From an uncultured Gemmatimonadales bacterium (GTDB lineage Bacteria > Gemmatimonadota > Gemmatimonadetes > Gemmatimonadales > Gemmatimonadaceae): a DNA stretch of 64,000 nucleotides. The notes under the pieces are model-generated. The model did not search any database and was not told where the DNA came from. It saw only the letters and a list, made by a program, of their open reading frames with translations. Below, piece by piece: positions 9,685 through 18,774 of this stretch. Location: assembly GCA_963793305.1 (NCBI GenBank), contig CAWBZV010000003.1:1376001-1440000 (forward strand), read 5' to 3'. Positions within the stretch are counted from its first letter, which is position 1. The number at the start of each line of letters is the position of its first letter. A program made the translations under genes and the position numbers.

Positions 9685-11227
9685 GGGATGACAGGTCTCG
9701 ACATCCGGGATGCACCGTGTCCGGGACGGCGTCGACGGGAAACGTCGCGGCCTGGGCCGACGCGAGTCGCATCGTGTCGCTCAGATTGTACAAGTCCGCG
9801 CTCACCGGGGTGAACTCGTACCCCGGCATCACGATCGAATCCGTGCGGACCCCGATGGTGCCGAGATAGCGGCCGATGGTTCGGCGCGCCCACGTGTACG
9901 GCGGAGGGCCAGAGGTCAGTACCCAGAGGCGTGGTGCGCCACGGAACCGATCGATATCCGCGATAAACTGCCGCGTGTCTTTCCGGTCGCAGATCCCAAC
10001 GTAGTAGGCCCCGGCCGCGAGCCCATACCGGGGTCCGTAGAAATCTGCCGCTTCGGACGTGGTCGAGAACACGTACACCGAGTCACCCGGTTGCCGATGC
10101 GCTTGGAAGAACGCGAACATGGGCTTGTACGACTCGATCACGTACGGGGGTCGTTTCGTCACGATCGTATACAGCGGCGCTAGCAGCAGCGCCGCCATGA
10201 CGACCGGTGGCCTGACCCAGGCGATCGCTGCCGCGAGCGCCATGAGGACGCTCGGCAAAAGGAACAGCACAACCCGGGTGTGAAACGGGTATTGCTGCGC
10301 GACCGCGGCGGCCAGCGTCATCACGAACGGCCCGGCAAGGATGAGCGCGAGCGAGCGGCGCTGGCGCCAGAGCACGACGACGCCGAGGACCGTGAGTACC
10401 GAGTAGAACAGGGGCAACGGGTACTCGAGCATCCACCGCTCGCCAAAAAGTTGCGTCATCCGAGTCCACATCCACGCGATGCCAGTTGTGGGGCGCGGCG
10501 GCAGTGGAAGAAAGCCATGGCGCACCCCCCAGAATCCCTGCATGAACGCCAGCGTGGCTGGTGCCGTGTAGTGCCGGGCGAGGACGAGTCCCGCGATCGA
10601 TGCGAGCGCCCAGAGTGCGACGGTGATGAGCACCGGCCCCCGCCGCGTGATGAGCAGGGCGGCGCCGAGGCCGGCCATGACCAAAATCGCGGCTTGCGAG
10701 AACACAATGACCACGAACCCCGCCATCCCCGCGATGACGCATCGACGGGTCGTGGGCCGATCGACGAGATCCAGCGCCACGAGCATGAGCGCCACCGTGA
10801 TCAGCACGTCCATGCCATACTGTTTGAGCTCGGTGCTGTAGCGGATCAACGGAGGCGCGAGCGCGAAGAGCGCGACGCTGATCGTCGCCGCCGTGCCATC
10901 GAGCGCCCGTACGGCGAGGCGCCGGAAGAGCAACAGCCCGGCGATCCCACAGAGGAACGGAACCAATCGCAGCGCGAAGTCGCTCGTCCCGAAAGTCAGC
11001 GTCGCGATCTTCAAGGCCGCAATGAATCCCACCGGCGCGACCTGCGTATACAGGAGCGGTCCGGTCACCAGCTGGCGCAGCGAGAGCTGCGTCAGGTTGC
11101 GGGCGATCGATAACTCGTCGTACCACAGTGATGGGTTGGCGGCGTACTGCCAGACACGTAGGACTAGGCCCACAGCGACGAGTGCCGTCAGGGCGTTCTC
11201 TTGTGTGACTCGGTATCTGACACGCAT
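9668..11227 (-). CDS. Membrane glycosyltransferase (GT-C, family 39/ArnT-like)
   Basis: SLWYDE loop motif, YSTELKQY, many TM helices; GGAGG upstream of ATG 11227. Confidence 0.7.
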   Translation of the reverse strand: MRVRYRVTQENALTALVAVGLVLRVWQYAANPSLWYDELSIARNLTQLSLRQLVTGPLLYTQVAPVGFIAALKIATLTFGTSDFALRLVPFLCGIAGLLLFRRLAVRALDGTAATISVALFALAPPLIRYSTELKQYGMDVLITVALMLVALDLVDRPTTRRCVIAGMAGFVVIVFSQAAILVMAGLGAALLITRRGPVLITVALWALASIAGLVLARHYTAPATLAFMQGFWGVRHGFLPLPPRPTTGIAWMWTRMTQLFGERWMLEYPLPLFYSVLTVLGVVVLWRQRRSLALILAGPFVMTLAAAVAQQYPFHTRVVLFLLPSVLMALAAAIAWVRPPVVMAALLLAPLYTIVTKRPPYVIESYKPMFAFFQAHRQPGDSVYVFSTTSEAADFYGPRYGLAAGAYYVGICDRKDTRQFIADIDRFRGAPRLWVLTSGPPPYTWARRTIGRYLGTIGVRTDSIVMPGYEFTPVSADLYNLSDTMRLASAQAATFPVDAVPDTVHPGCRDLSSRDRHP

Positions 11228-11378
11228 GGGAGCCTCCATCGATGACGCGCTGATATCATCGGGGGTCCGAGGGGCGTAGTTGGGGATTGCCCCCCGGAGG
11301 CGAACCGACCAGTCGAGCGGCGCGCTAGCGCTGCATCGACGAGCCGCGGAGCGGCGCCCATACCATCCTCCTACCGCC

Positions 11379-11413
11379 TGTGTAATCCTTGTGACAGTTT
11401 AGTCCGCTACCCT
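11379..11413 (+). promoter_or_regulatory. Candidate OmpR-family direct repeat plus -10 box of RND operon
   Basis: TGTGTAA (11379) and TGTGACA (11390), 11 nt apart; TACCCT 11408-11413, 6 nt before ATG 11420. Confidence 0.4.
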
Positions 11414-11419
11414 ACCACG

Positions 11420-12628
11420 ATGACGGTTCGTATTTCCCCATGGACCTGGTTAGCCGCTCTGGCGGCTGGACATACAGTGTTTGGACAGGTGCCGCAACCC
11501 CTGACGCTGCGCGAGGCCGTCGATTCCGCCGTCGCGCGCGGCACCAGGGTCGCTTTGGCGCGTGCCGACTCGGCCACGGCACGGGCCGGGCTCACGGCCG
11601 CGCGGGAATGGCCCAATCCCACGTTGACGCTGCAGTACACGCGGGATGAGCCGCACTACCACGGATTCATCGAGTTTCCGATCGACTACCCGTGGCTTCG
11701 CTCGGCGCGGATTCACAGCGCGTCGCTCGCCACGCGCTCGGCTGGCTATCGATTCGCGTTCGAACGCGCGGCGGCGCGGTTCGACGCCGAGACGACATAT
11801 GTTCGCGCCCAAATCGCGCAAGAGCACGCGCGGCTGTCGCACGTCAACGGAGTGTACGCCGACAGCCTGCTCCGTCTGGCGCACATTCGCCGCGAAGCGG
11901 GCGACGCGAGCGATTTGGATGTCGAGCTCGCCACCGTGACCGCCGGGCAGGCCGCGAACGCCTCGGCGGCCGATTCGTTAGCCGCGATCGGCGCGGTGCT
12001 CGATCTGCAAGCACTGCTCGGTATGGCCTCGGATAGCATACGAGTCACGCTCGCAGACTCCCTATCATTCCCCGGACCGGTGAGCGGCGATACGACCGTC
12101 GGCCGGACGCTGCAGGTCGCGGCAGCCGAGGAGACGCTGGGCTCCGAACAATCGGCGCTGAGCGTGGCGAAGCGAGCGGCATTCTCGACGCCATCTATTT
12201 CTCTCGGTGTCGAAGGTGGCGACCCCACGCAGCCGTATCCGTTACCGGCTGCCACCGTGATCTTCCCATTCCCGCTGTTCAACCAGAACGGCGGCCAGGT
12301 CGCGACCGAGGCCGCGAACGTATCGCGGGCCCAAGCCGAGCTAGCCCGTGCACGCCGAGAAAGCGCGGCGGCGATCGCGGCAGCCCGACGAGAGCTCGCG
12401 GCCGCGATCGTTCGTGCCCAACGCGACCGCTCGCTGCTCGAATCCGCATCGCGCGTCGCCGCGATGTCCCTCACCGCGTTCGCCGAGGGCGCCCAGGCCT
12501 TGCCAGCCGTGCTCGAAGCCCGCAAGAGCGCCCGCGACGCGCTCGTCCAATACGTCGACAATGTCGGCGCCGCCGCTGCCGCGGCCGCCGCCGTTCGACT
12601 GTTCACGTCGAAAGTAGGCGACCAATGA
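11420..12628 (+). CDS. TolC/CzcC family outer membrane efflux protein
   Basis: Signal peptide, PLTLREAV, PNPTL, FPLFNQNGG; first gene of a tripartite efflux operon. Confidence 0.85.
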   Translation: MTVRISPWTWLAALAAGHTVFGQVPQPLTLREAVDSAVARGTRVALARADSATARAGLTAAREWPNPTLTLQYTRDEPHYHGFIEFPIDYPWLRSARIHSASLATRSAGYRFAFERAAARFDAETTYVRAQIAQEHARLSHVNGVYADSLLRLAHIRREAGDASDLDVELATVTAGQAANASAADSLAAIGAVLDLQALLGMASDSIRVTLADSLSFPGPVSGDTTVGRTLQVAAAEETLGSEQSALSVAKRAAFSTPSISLGVEGGDPTQPYPLPAATVIFPFPLFNQNGGQVATEAANVSRAQAELARARRESAAAIAAARRELAAAIVRAQRDRSLLESASRVAAMSLTAFAEGAQALPAVLEARKSARDALVQYVDNVGAAAAAAAAVRLFTSKVGDQ

Positions 12629-13716
12629 CTCGTCGGATAATTATTCTCACCGCTGTTCTCGCCGTGGCGTGCAAAGGTGGTGAGGCGAAAAAAGACGACG
12701 TGGAGCCAGTCGTCAACGCGCAGACCGCGACGGCGGTCCAGCAGTCGTTCACGGAAACGGTGACCGCGATCGGCACCGTCACGCCGCGGCCTGGACACTA
12801 TGCCGAGCTAGCAGCTCCGGCGCCGACGCGCGTCGCGCACATTTTCGTTTCCCCAGGCGATGTCGTTCACGAGGGCGACCCGCTGGTCGAGTTCGAGCGC
12901 GCCCCGTTCGACGCCGCGGCCCAGAGCGCGCGCACCGCGCTCGACAACGCCGAGCACGCGGCGCAGCGTGCCGAACGCTTGGCCACGGCCGGAATCATGG
13001 CGCGCAAAGATGCCGACCAGGCGGAGGCCGACCTCGCGCAAGCAAAGGCCAACGCGGTGACCGCCGAACGCGCCCAGCAGCTCGCGACGTTGCGCTCGCC
13101 GATCTCGGGCACGGTCACCCGCATGACCGCGATCCTCGGCGCGTCAGCGGATCCCTCCCAGCCCGTGGTCGCGGTCGCCGACCCGGGCATGCTCGACATC
13201 GTGTTCAGCCTCTCCCCCAGCGATGGCGCCGCGGTCCGCACCGGCTCCTCGATCGTGCTCACCTCCGGCCGCACGAGCGATGGCGAGTCCTTGGGCCAGG
13301 GACAAGTCGCGTCGATCGGCGCGACGGTCGACTCGGCATCGCGCGGCGTCCTCGTCCGAGCGCGGTTGACGCATCCGTCGCGCGCATTGCGTATCGGCGA
13401 GACCGTGTTCGGTCGTATTGCCGTTGCCGTGCATCCGCACGCGGTCGTGATCCCGGTCCAAGCGTTGGTCCCGGATGGCGACGGGCTCAAAGTCTTCGTC
13501 GTGGCGGGCGGCCAGGGGCTCGCCCGACGCGTCACGGTCGGCGGCCGCACCGAGACGGACGCCGAGATCACCGATGGCCTCAAGGCCGGTGAGATCGTCG
13601 TGACCGTCGGCGCGTACGGCATGGAGGACAGCGCCAAAGTGGTGCCGCTCCGTCAACAAGTCGCCCCGGCCGAGGCGCCGGGGGATAGCGACCAGAAGGG
13701 CGCCGAGCGGTCATGA
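12625..13716 (+). CDS. RND efflux periplasmic adaptor (MFP)
   Basis: Lipobox LAVAC, lipoyl halves GDVVHEGDPL and LRSPISG, GLKAGEIVV. Confidence 0.88.
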   Translation: MTRRIIILTAVLAVACKGGEAKKDDVEPVVNAQTATAVQQSFTETVTAIGTVTPRPGHYAELAAPAPTRVAHIFVSPGDVVHEGDPLVEFERAPFDAAAQSARTALDNAEHAAQRAERLATAGIMARKDADQAEADLAQAKANAVTAERAQQLATLRSPISGTVTRMTAILGASADPSQPVVAVADPGMLDIVFSLSPSDGAAVRTGSSIVLTSGRTSDGESLGQGQVASIGATVDSASRGVLVRARLTHPSRALRIGETVFGRIAVAVHPHAVVIPVQALVPDGDGLKVFVVAGGQGLARRVTVGGRTETDAEITDGLKAGEIVVTVGAYGMEDSAKVVPLRQQVAPAEAPGDSDQKGAERS

Positions 13717-16700
13717 AGCTCTACGACCTGATTGGCGCGCAACGTCGATTTGTCTACCTCGTCATCGCCATCGTCAGCGCGGCGGGCATCTGGGCGGGAT
13801 TTCAACTGCCCTCGGCCATCTACCCCGAACTGACCTTTCCCCGGATCACGATCGTCGCGCAAGGCTCGGCCCTCGGCGCGCGGCAGGTCGTCTTCGCGAT
13901 CACGCGCCCGATCGAGGAAGCGATCAGCATTGTCCCGGGCGTCCAGCGCGTCCGGTCGAAGTCGATCCGCGGCGCGTCGCAAATCGACATCTCGTTCGCG
14001 CCGAACACCGACATGGTGTATGCCCTGCAGCTCGTGCAGACGCGCGTCAACGAGATTCGCGGGACGCTCCCGTCGGAGCTGGAGATCGAGATCGAGCGTC
14101 TGACGCCGTCCGTCTTTCCGATCTTGTCATACAATCTGATCGGCGGCGACGCCGCGACGCTCTACGACATTGCGCGCTATCAGATCCGCCCCGTGTTTTC
14201 GCGCGTGCCGGGCGTTGGGCGCGTGGACGTGCAGGGAACCGATGTGCGCGAGATCGAGGTGATCGTCGACCCCGCGCGACTCTCGGCGCAATCGATCTCC
14301 TACGATGACGTCGCCACCGCGATCAAGCAAGCGACGTCAGTCGACGCCGTGGGCCGGGTCGCCGAGGACTATCAGCAGTTCTTGCTCGTGACCGATCAGG
14401 AAGCCCACACGGTCGAAGACATCGAGAACGTCGTCGTGCCCACGCCGTCGGGGGCGAACGTCCGAGTCAGCGACCTGGGCTCGGTGTCGCTCGGCACCGA
14501 GGACCATACGCGCATTATCGCCGGAGACGGCCGGCCAGCCGCGACGCTCAATATCACGCGCCAGATCGGCGGCAACACGGTCGCGATCGCCGATAGCGTC
14601 GCGGGGTTGGTCAAGACGATCACGCACACGCTCCCGCCCGGCGTGCGCATCGAGCCGGTGTACGACCAGGCGACGCTGGTCAAGGACGCCGTGACGTTGG
14701 TGCGCGATGCCATGTTGATCGGAGCGGTGCTGGCGATCATCGTGCTGCTCCTGTTCCTTCGCGACGGCGTGATCACGGCCATCAGCGCCACGTCGATCCC
14801 CTTGACGCTCGCGATTACGGTCTTCGTCATGTCGCTCGTGGGGCAGACGTTCAACCTGATGACGCTGGGCGCCATGGCCATCGCGATCGGACTCGTGATC
14901 GATGATGCCGTGGTCGTGACCGAGAACATTGCCCGTCACTTGGCTCTCGCGCCGGACGACCGTCCCCGCGCGATCCGCGAGGCCGTGCAGGAGCTCATCT
15001 GGCCGGTCACGACATCGACGATCACGACCGTCGTCGTCTTCCTGCCGCTCGGACTTCTCCAGGGCGTTGTCGGCCAATTTTTCATCGCGCTATCGGTGAC
15101 CTTGACGATCGCGGTGCTCGTCTCGCTCGTCCTGGCGCTCACGATCATCCCGCTCCTCTCCGCACAGTTCGTCAAGCACCGCGAGCACGTCGCCAAGGTC
15201 GACTGGTTGGCCGACCGGTACGAGCGCACGCTGTCGACCGTGCTGCGGCACCCGAGCTGGGTCATCACCGCCGCCGTCGTCCTCGTCGCCCTCGGCGTCG
15301 TCGCCCAGCAGCGCGTCGGGACCGGCTTCCTCCCCGAGATGGACGAGGGGGCGTACGTGTTCGACTACTTCACCCCCGGCGGAACGGCGCTGAGCGAGAC
15401 GGATAGGGAAGTACGGATCGCCGAGCGCATCATGGCGGCCGAGCCCGAGGTCGCGGCGACGTTGCGGCGCACGGGCGCCGAGCTGGGTGTATACGCCACC
15501 CAGCAGAACTCGGGCGATCTCGTGGCCCGCCTCGTCCCGCGTTCCCAGCGCGATCGGTCGGTCGATGAGGTCATCGACGACGTGCGAGCGAAAGTCCAGC
15601 GCGCCGTCCCACGACTGCACATTGATTTCGTGCAGATCCTCTCCGACGTGATCAACGACCTGGCGGGCGCGGCCCGGCCGATCGAGATCAAGTTGTTCGG
15701 TGAGCAGTTGGAGGCGGTCGAGGCGTACGCCAAGTCGCTCGAGCCCGATATGACGAAAGTGGATGGCCTCGAGGACTTCTACAACGGTGTCAGCGAGCCG
15801 TCACCCGAGCTCATGCTGCGCATCAGCGGGGCCGAGGCGAACCGCATCGGCATGACGCCGCAGCAAGTCGGCGCCGACGTCTCTGGCTCCATCCTCGGCG
15901 TCGTCGGCGGCGAGATTCGCACGGAGGACCGCGCCATTGCGGTCCGCGTGCGCGCGCCGGACACCGTGCGATTCGACCCGCTCCGGCTCGGATCGCTCCC
16001 GATCATCGGCCCTGGTCACAAACCGACGCCACTGTCCTCGCTGGCGTCGATCACGCCGCAGATCACGCGGGCCGAGCTCGATCGCGAGAATCAGCAGCAG
16101 ATGATCGCGATGACGGCGGATATCTCCGGTCGCTCCCTGGGCGCCATTAACGCCGACGTCAAACGGGTGTTGGCCGCCCATCCACCGCCGCCAGGCATTC
16201 GGGTAGAAATCGGCGGTCAGTATGCCGGGCAACAGCAAGCATTCCGCGCGCTGCTGATCGTATTGGCCCTCGCGGCGGTCAGCGTGATCGGCGTGATGCT
16301 CGTCCAATTCGAGTCGTTCATCGAGCCACTCGTGATCGTCTCGGCCGCCCCGATCTCATTTGTCGGCGCGCTTGCCTTGTTGACCATCACGGGCACCCCT
16401 CTGAACGTATCGTCGTTCATGGGCTTGATCCTGCTGGTAGGCCTGATCGTCAAAAATGGCATTATCCTGCTCGACTTCACAAAGCTCCGCATGGAACGCG
16501 AGGGCGTCCCATTGGAGACCGCGGTTCGAGAAGCCGCGCGCACGAGATTGCGTCCGATTCTCATGACGACCCTGTGCACGCTGTTTGGCCTGCTGCCCTT
16601 GGCGCTTGGCCTGGGCGCGGGCAGCGAGCTCCAGCGGCCGCTGGCGTTGGCCGTCATTGGCGGCCTCGCCCTGTCGACGCCGATTACGCTATTCGTTGTC

Positions 16701-16760
16701 CCGACCGTGCTGGTCGCCGTACGGGGACGCGACTTCAGAAAACTTGCCTCCGGCGCATAA
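13713..16760 (+). CDS. RND efflux permease (AcrB/CzcA superfamily)
   Basis: GLVIDDAVVVTENI, KNGIILLD, RLRPILMTT, RPLALAVIGG; 1015 aa. Confidence 0.93.
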   Translation: MKLYDLIGAQRRFVYLVIAIVSAAGIWAGFQLPSAIYPELTFPRITIVAQGSALGARQVVFAITRPIEEAISIVPGVQRVRSKSIRGASQIDISFAPNTDMVYALQLVQTRVNEIRGTLPSELEIEIERLTPSVFPILSYNLIGGDAATLYDIARYQIRPVFSRVPGVGRVDVQGTDVREIEVIVDPARLSAQSISYDDVATAIKQATSVDAVGRVAEDYQQFLLVTDQEAHTVEDIENVVVPTPSGANVRVSDLGSVSLGTEDHTRIIAGDGRPAATLNITRQIGGNTVAIADSVAGLVKTITHTLPPGVRIEPVYDQATLVKDAVTLVRDAMLIGAVLAIIVLLLFLRDGVITAISATSIPLTLAITVFVMSLVGQTFNLMTLGAMAIAIGLVIDDAVVVTENIARHLALAPDDRPRAIREAVQELIWPVTTSTITTVVVFLPLGLLQGVVGQFFIALSVTLTIAVLVSLVLALTIIPLLSAQFVKHREHVAKVDWLADRYERTLSTVLRHPSWVITAAVVLVALGVVAQQRVGTGFLPEMDEGAYVFDYFTPGGTALSETDREVRIAERIMAAEPEVAATLRRTGAELGVYATQQNSGDLVARLVPRSQRDRSVDEVIDDVRAKVQRAVPRLHIDFVQILSDVINDLAGAARPIEIKLFGEQLEAVEAYAKSLEPDMTKVDGLEDFYNGVSEPSPELMLRISGAEANRIGMTPQQVGADVSGSILGVVGGEIRTEDRAIAVRVRAPDTVRFDPLRLGSLPIIGPGHKPTPLSSLASITPQITRAELDRENQQQMIAMTADISGRSLGAINADVKRVLAAHPPPPGIRVEIGGQYAGQQQAFRALLIVLALAAVSVIGVMLVQFESFIEPLVIVSAAPISFVGALALLTITGTPLNVSSFMGLILLVGLIVKNGIILLDFTKLRMEREGVPLETAVREAARTRLRPILMTTLCTLFGLLPLALGLGAGSELQRPLALAVIGGLALSTPITLFVVPTVLVAVRGRDFRKLASGA

Positions 16761-16841
16761 TCTCGGCGCCGAGCGAATAGCACGCCTTCAACCTGACGTC
16801 GCGAGTGGTGTCGCATTGCCGCGACACACTGTTACAAAATT

Positions 16842-16876
16842 TGGCACGCTGAGGAATGGCGTGGCACGCTGAGGAA
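16842..16876 (+). repeat. Perfect 15-nt direct repeat TGGCACGCTGAGGAA x2
   Basis: Copies at 16842-16856 and 16862-16876 (20-nt period). Confidence 0.9.
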
Positions 16877-16973
16877 CTGTGGCTCTGCGCTAGTTCGTGT
16901 TAGCGTTCTGTCCGCTCGGCGTTAGGCTCTGCGAACGTCGACTAGTGGATTCGAGCCAGTGCTGGGAGGGGCC

Positions 16974-17975
16974 GTGAGTGAGCGGATCGATGAGTTGCTT
17001 CTAGGCAGCTCTTCTCAGATGTGCGAGGTCCGGCGACTCGTGGCTCGATTCGGCCCAACACCGTTGTCTGTGCTCGTGACCGGGCCGACTGGAGCAGGCA
17101 AGGGGCTCGTGGCGCAGGCCCTCCACGTATCGAGCCGACGCAGGGGCCGTTACGTTGTCGCCAATGTTGCCGCGTTCGGTGATGGCTTAGTCGAGACTGA
17201 ACTCTTCGGCCATGTGCGAGGCGCGTTCACCGGTGCCGCGGGATCACGGCACGGTTTGGTGCAGCACGCAGATCACGGTACGCTGTTTCTCGACGAGATT
17301 CACCGACTGTCGGCAACGGCTCAGCCTAAACTCTTACGCGTGCTCGACACACAACTCGTCCGTCCCGTCGGGTCCGATACTGAAGTCCGATCGGACGTTC
17401 GCGTCGTGGCGGCCGCGAACGAGGATCTGGAAACCATGGTCGACGCTGGTCGGTTCCAGGGGGATCTATTGGCGCGACTGGCACGGCTCGTCATTCACGT
17501 TCCTCCCCTCATCAATCACATCCAAGATATTCCGCTCTTAGCGGAGCGGTTCGTAAATGGGTTGGAGGGTTTTAGTGGTTCGCGATTCACGCCGGCTGCG
17601 TTCGATGCACTGAAGGAGTACGATTGGCCGCGAAACGTGCGTGAGCTGCAGGTCGTTGTTGAGCGAGCCGCTATCCTTTGCGATCGTCCGTGGATCGATC
17701 GTGTGGATGTCGTCGCGGCGATTGGTGCAGGTCGCCCTGAATGCGCCCCTTCGCGTGCGCGGGACGCGAGGCCGCTCTCAGCGAAACCCGGCGAGGATCT
17801 CACAGCACGACGCGAGCGACGGCTGCTCGGCGCGCTCCAGGCGAGTGGTGGTCGAGTGCGAGTGGCGGCGACCGCGCTCGGCGTGAGCCGGAACACGGTG
17901 TACCGATGGATGTGCGAGCTGGGCATCGCTCCGCAGGAACGACGGAGCTCGCGATCCAACGGTAGTTCTGCTTAG
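16974..17975 (+). CDS. Sigma-54 enhancer-binding protein (AAA+ and Fis-type HTH) without N-terminal sensor domain
   Basis: GPTGAGK, ETELFGHVRGAFTGA, LFLDEI, WPRNVREL, C-terminal AATALGVSRNTVYRW; GGAGG precedes GTG 16974. Confidence 0.88.
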   Translation: MSERIDELLLGSSSQMCEVRRLVARFGPTPLSVLVTGPTGAGKGLVAQALHVSSRRRGRYVVANVAAFGDGLVETELFGHVRGAFTGAAGSRHGLVQHADHGTLFLDEIHRLSATAQPKLLRVLDTQLVRPVGSDTEVRSDVRVVAAANEDLETMVDAGRFQGDLLARLARLVIHVPPLINHIQDIPLLAERFVNGLEGFSGSRFTPAAFDALKEYDWPRNVRELQVVVERAAILCDRPWIDRVDVVAAIGAGRPECAPSRARDARPLSAKPGEDLTARRERRLLGALQASGGRVRVAATALGVSRNTVYRWMCELGIAPQERRSSRSNGSSA

Positions 17976-18085
17976 TCACGCTCCGTCACAAGTCCAACCG
18001 TGACTGACCGAGACTAGTAGAGACTAACGTGGCGGCCGCGCTGGACTAACTGCCCATGTGGCAAGCGGTTAGGTCGTCGGCGACA

Positions 18086-18102
18086 TTGGCGTCGCGCATG
18101 CA
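18086..18102 (+). promoter_or_regulatory. Sigma-54 (-24/-12) promoter
   Basis: TTGGCGTCGCGCATGCA with GG at 18088-89 and GC at 18100-01 (GG-N10-GC); lies between the bEBP gene and the Ig/RHS genes. Confidence 0.6.
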
Positions 18103-18177
18103 ATGGGACAACGGACATTGAGGCTGGAGCTCTCCGTGTGAGAGTCCGGCACACGTTCCCTTGTCTTGGAGCGCCCG

Positions 18178-18684
18178 ATGTCCATCAACGTCCGCTCAAT
18201 GCGATTTCGTCGCATCCACCGCGCAATCGCCGTCTGCCTTGGCAGTGCCGTGGCGGGTGTTCTGCTCGCGGCTGCGCCACCGTCGGACGTCGAACGCGCC
18301 TCGAGCCCTGGTCAGCGTACGATGCCGCAGGTCGCGTGTACGGGAGGTACGACCTCGATAACGCCATGTGGCACATTGGCGGATACACTGGCGCCGTCGG
18401 CCAATGGCCAGCGCACGTTCAGCGTTACGAACGGATCCAGCACGGATCACACCTATACACCGAGTTGCACTGCAACGCTGCCCGTGGCGTCATGCAGTGT
18501 AGCCCCCTCCGTGCTCGTCGTCCCTGCGGGTGGCTCGGCATCGATAGCCGTGTCGTACACGGTTTCCAGTGCGACTGCGACTGACTCTGGGACGATTACC
18601 GTAGCCGTCGATGGCGGCGCGCCGGATCAGGTAAGCACCGCGATCGCCGTGGGCACTGCCGCGACCACGAGTACACCGCAGTGA
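18178..18684 (+). CDS. Secreted Ig-like protein resembling the RHS N-terminal domain
   Basis: Signal peptide; S/T-rich, four Cys in the mature part; SCSVAPS...VSYTV...GTITV parallels RHS SCSVSPT...VTYNT...GTITV; GGAG SD. Confidence 0.65.
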   Translation: MSINVRSMRFRRIHRAIAVCLGSAVAGVLLAAAPPSDVERASSPGQRTMPQVACTGGTTSITPCGTLADTLAPSANGQRTFSVTNGSSTDHTYTPSCTATLPVASCSVAPSVLVVPAGGSASIAVSYTVSSATATDSGTITVAVDGGAPDQVSTAIAVGTAATTSTPQ

Positions 18685-18774
18685 AACTGCTCACCCGATA
18701 CGGCTGTCACGCCACGGCATTCGCAATCACCTCGCAGATCCCGATCGCACCATATCGCTTGATCCGGAGCGCTC

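Noticed and set aside
16842..16876. TGGCACG repeats as sigma-54 promoters or a mini CRISPR array
   Set aside because: The -12 position reads GGAA rather than TTGC; there are only two copies with a 5-nt gap and no cas genes
18058..18075. Second TGGCA as an alternative -24 box
   Set aside because: No GC at the required N10 spacing
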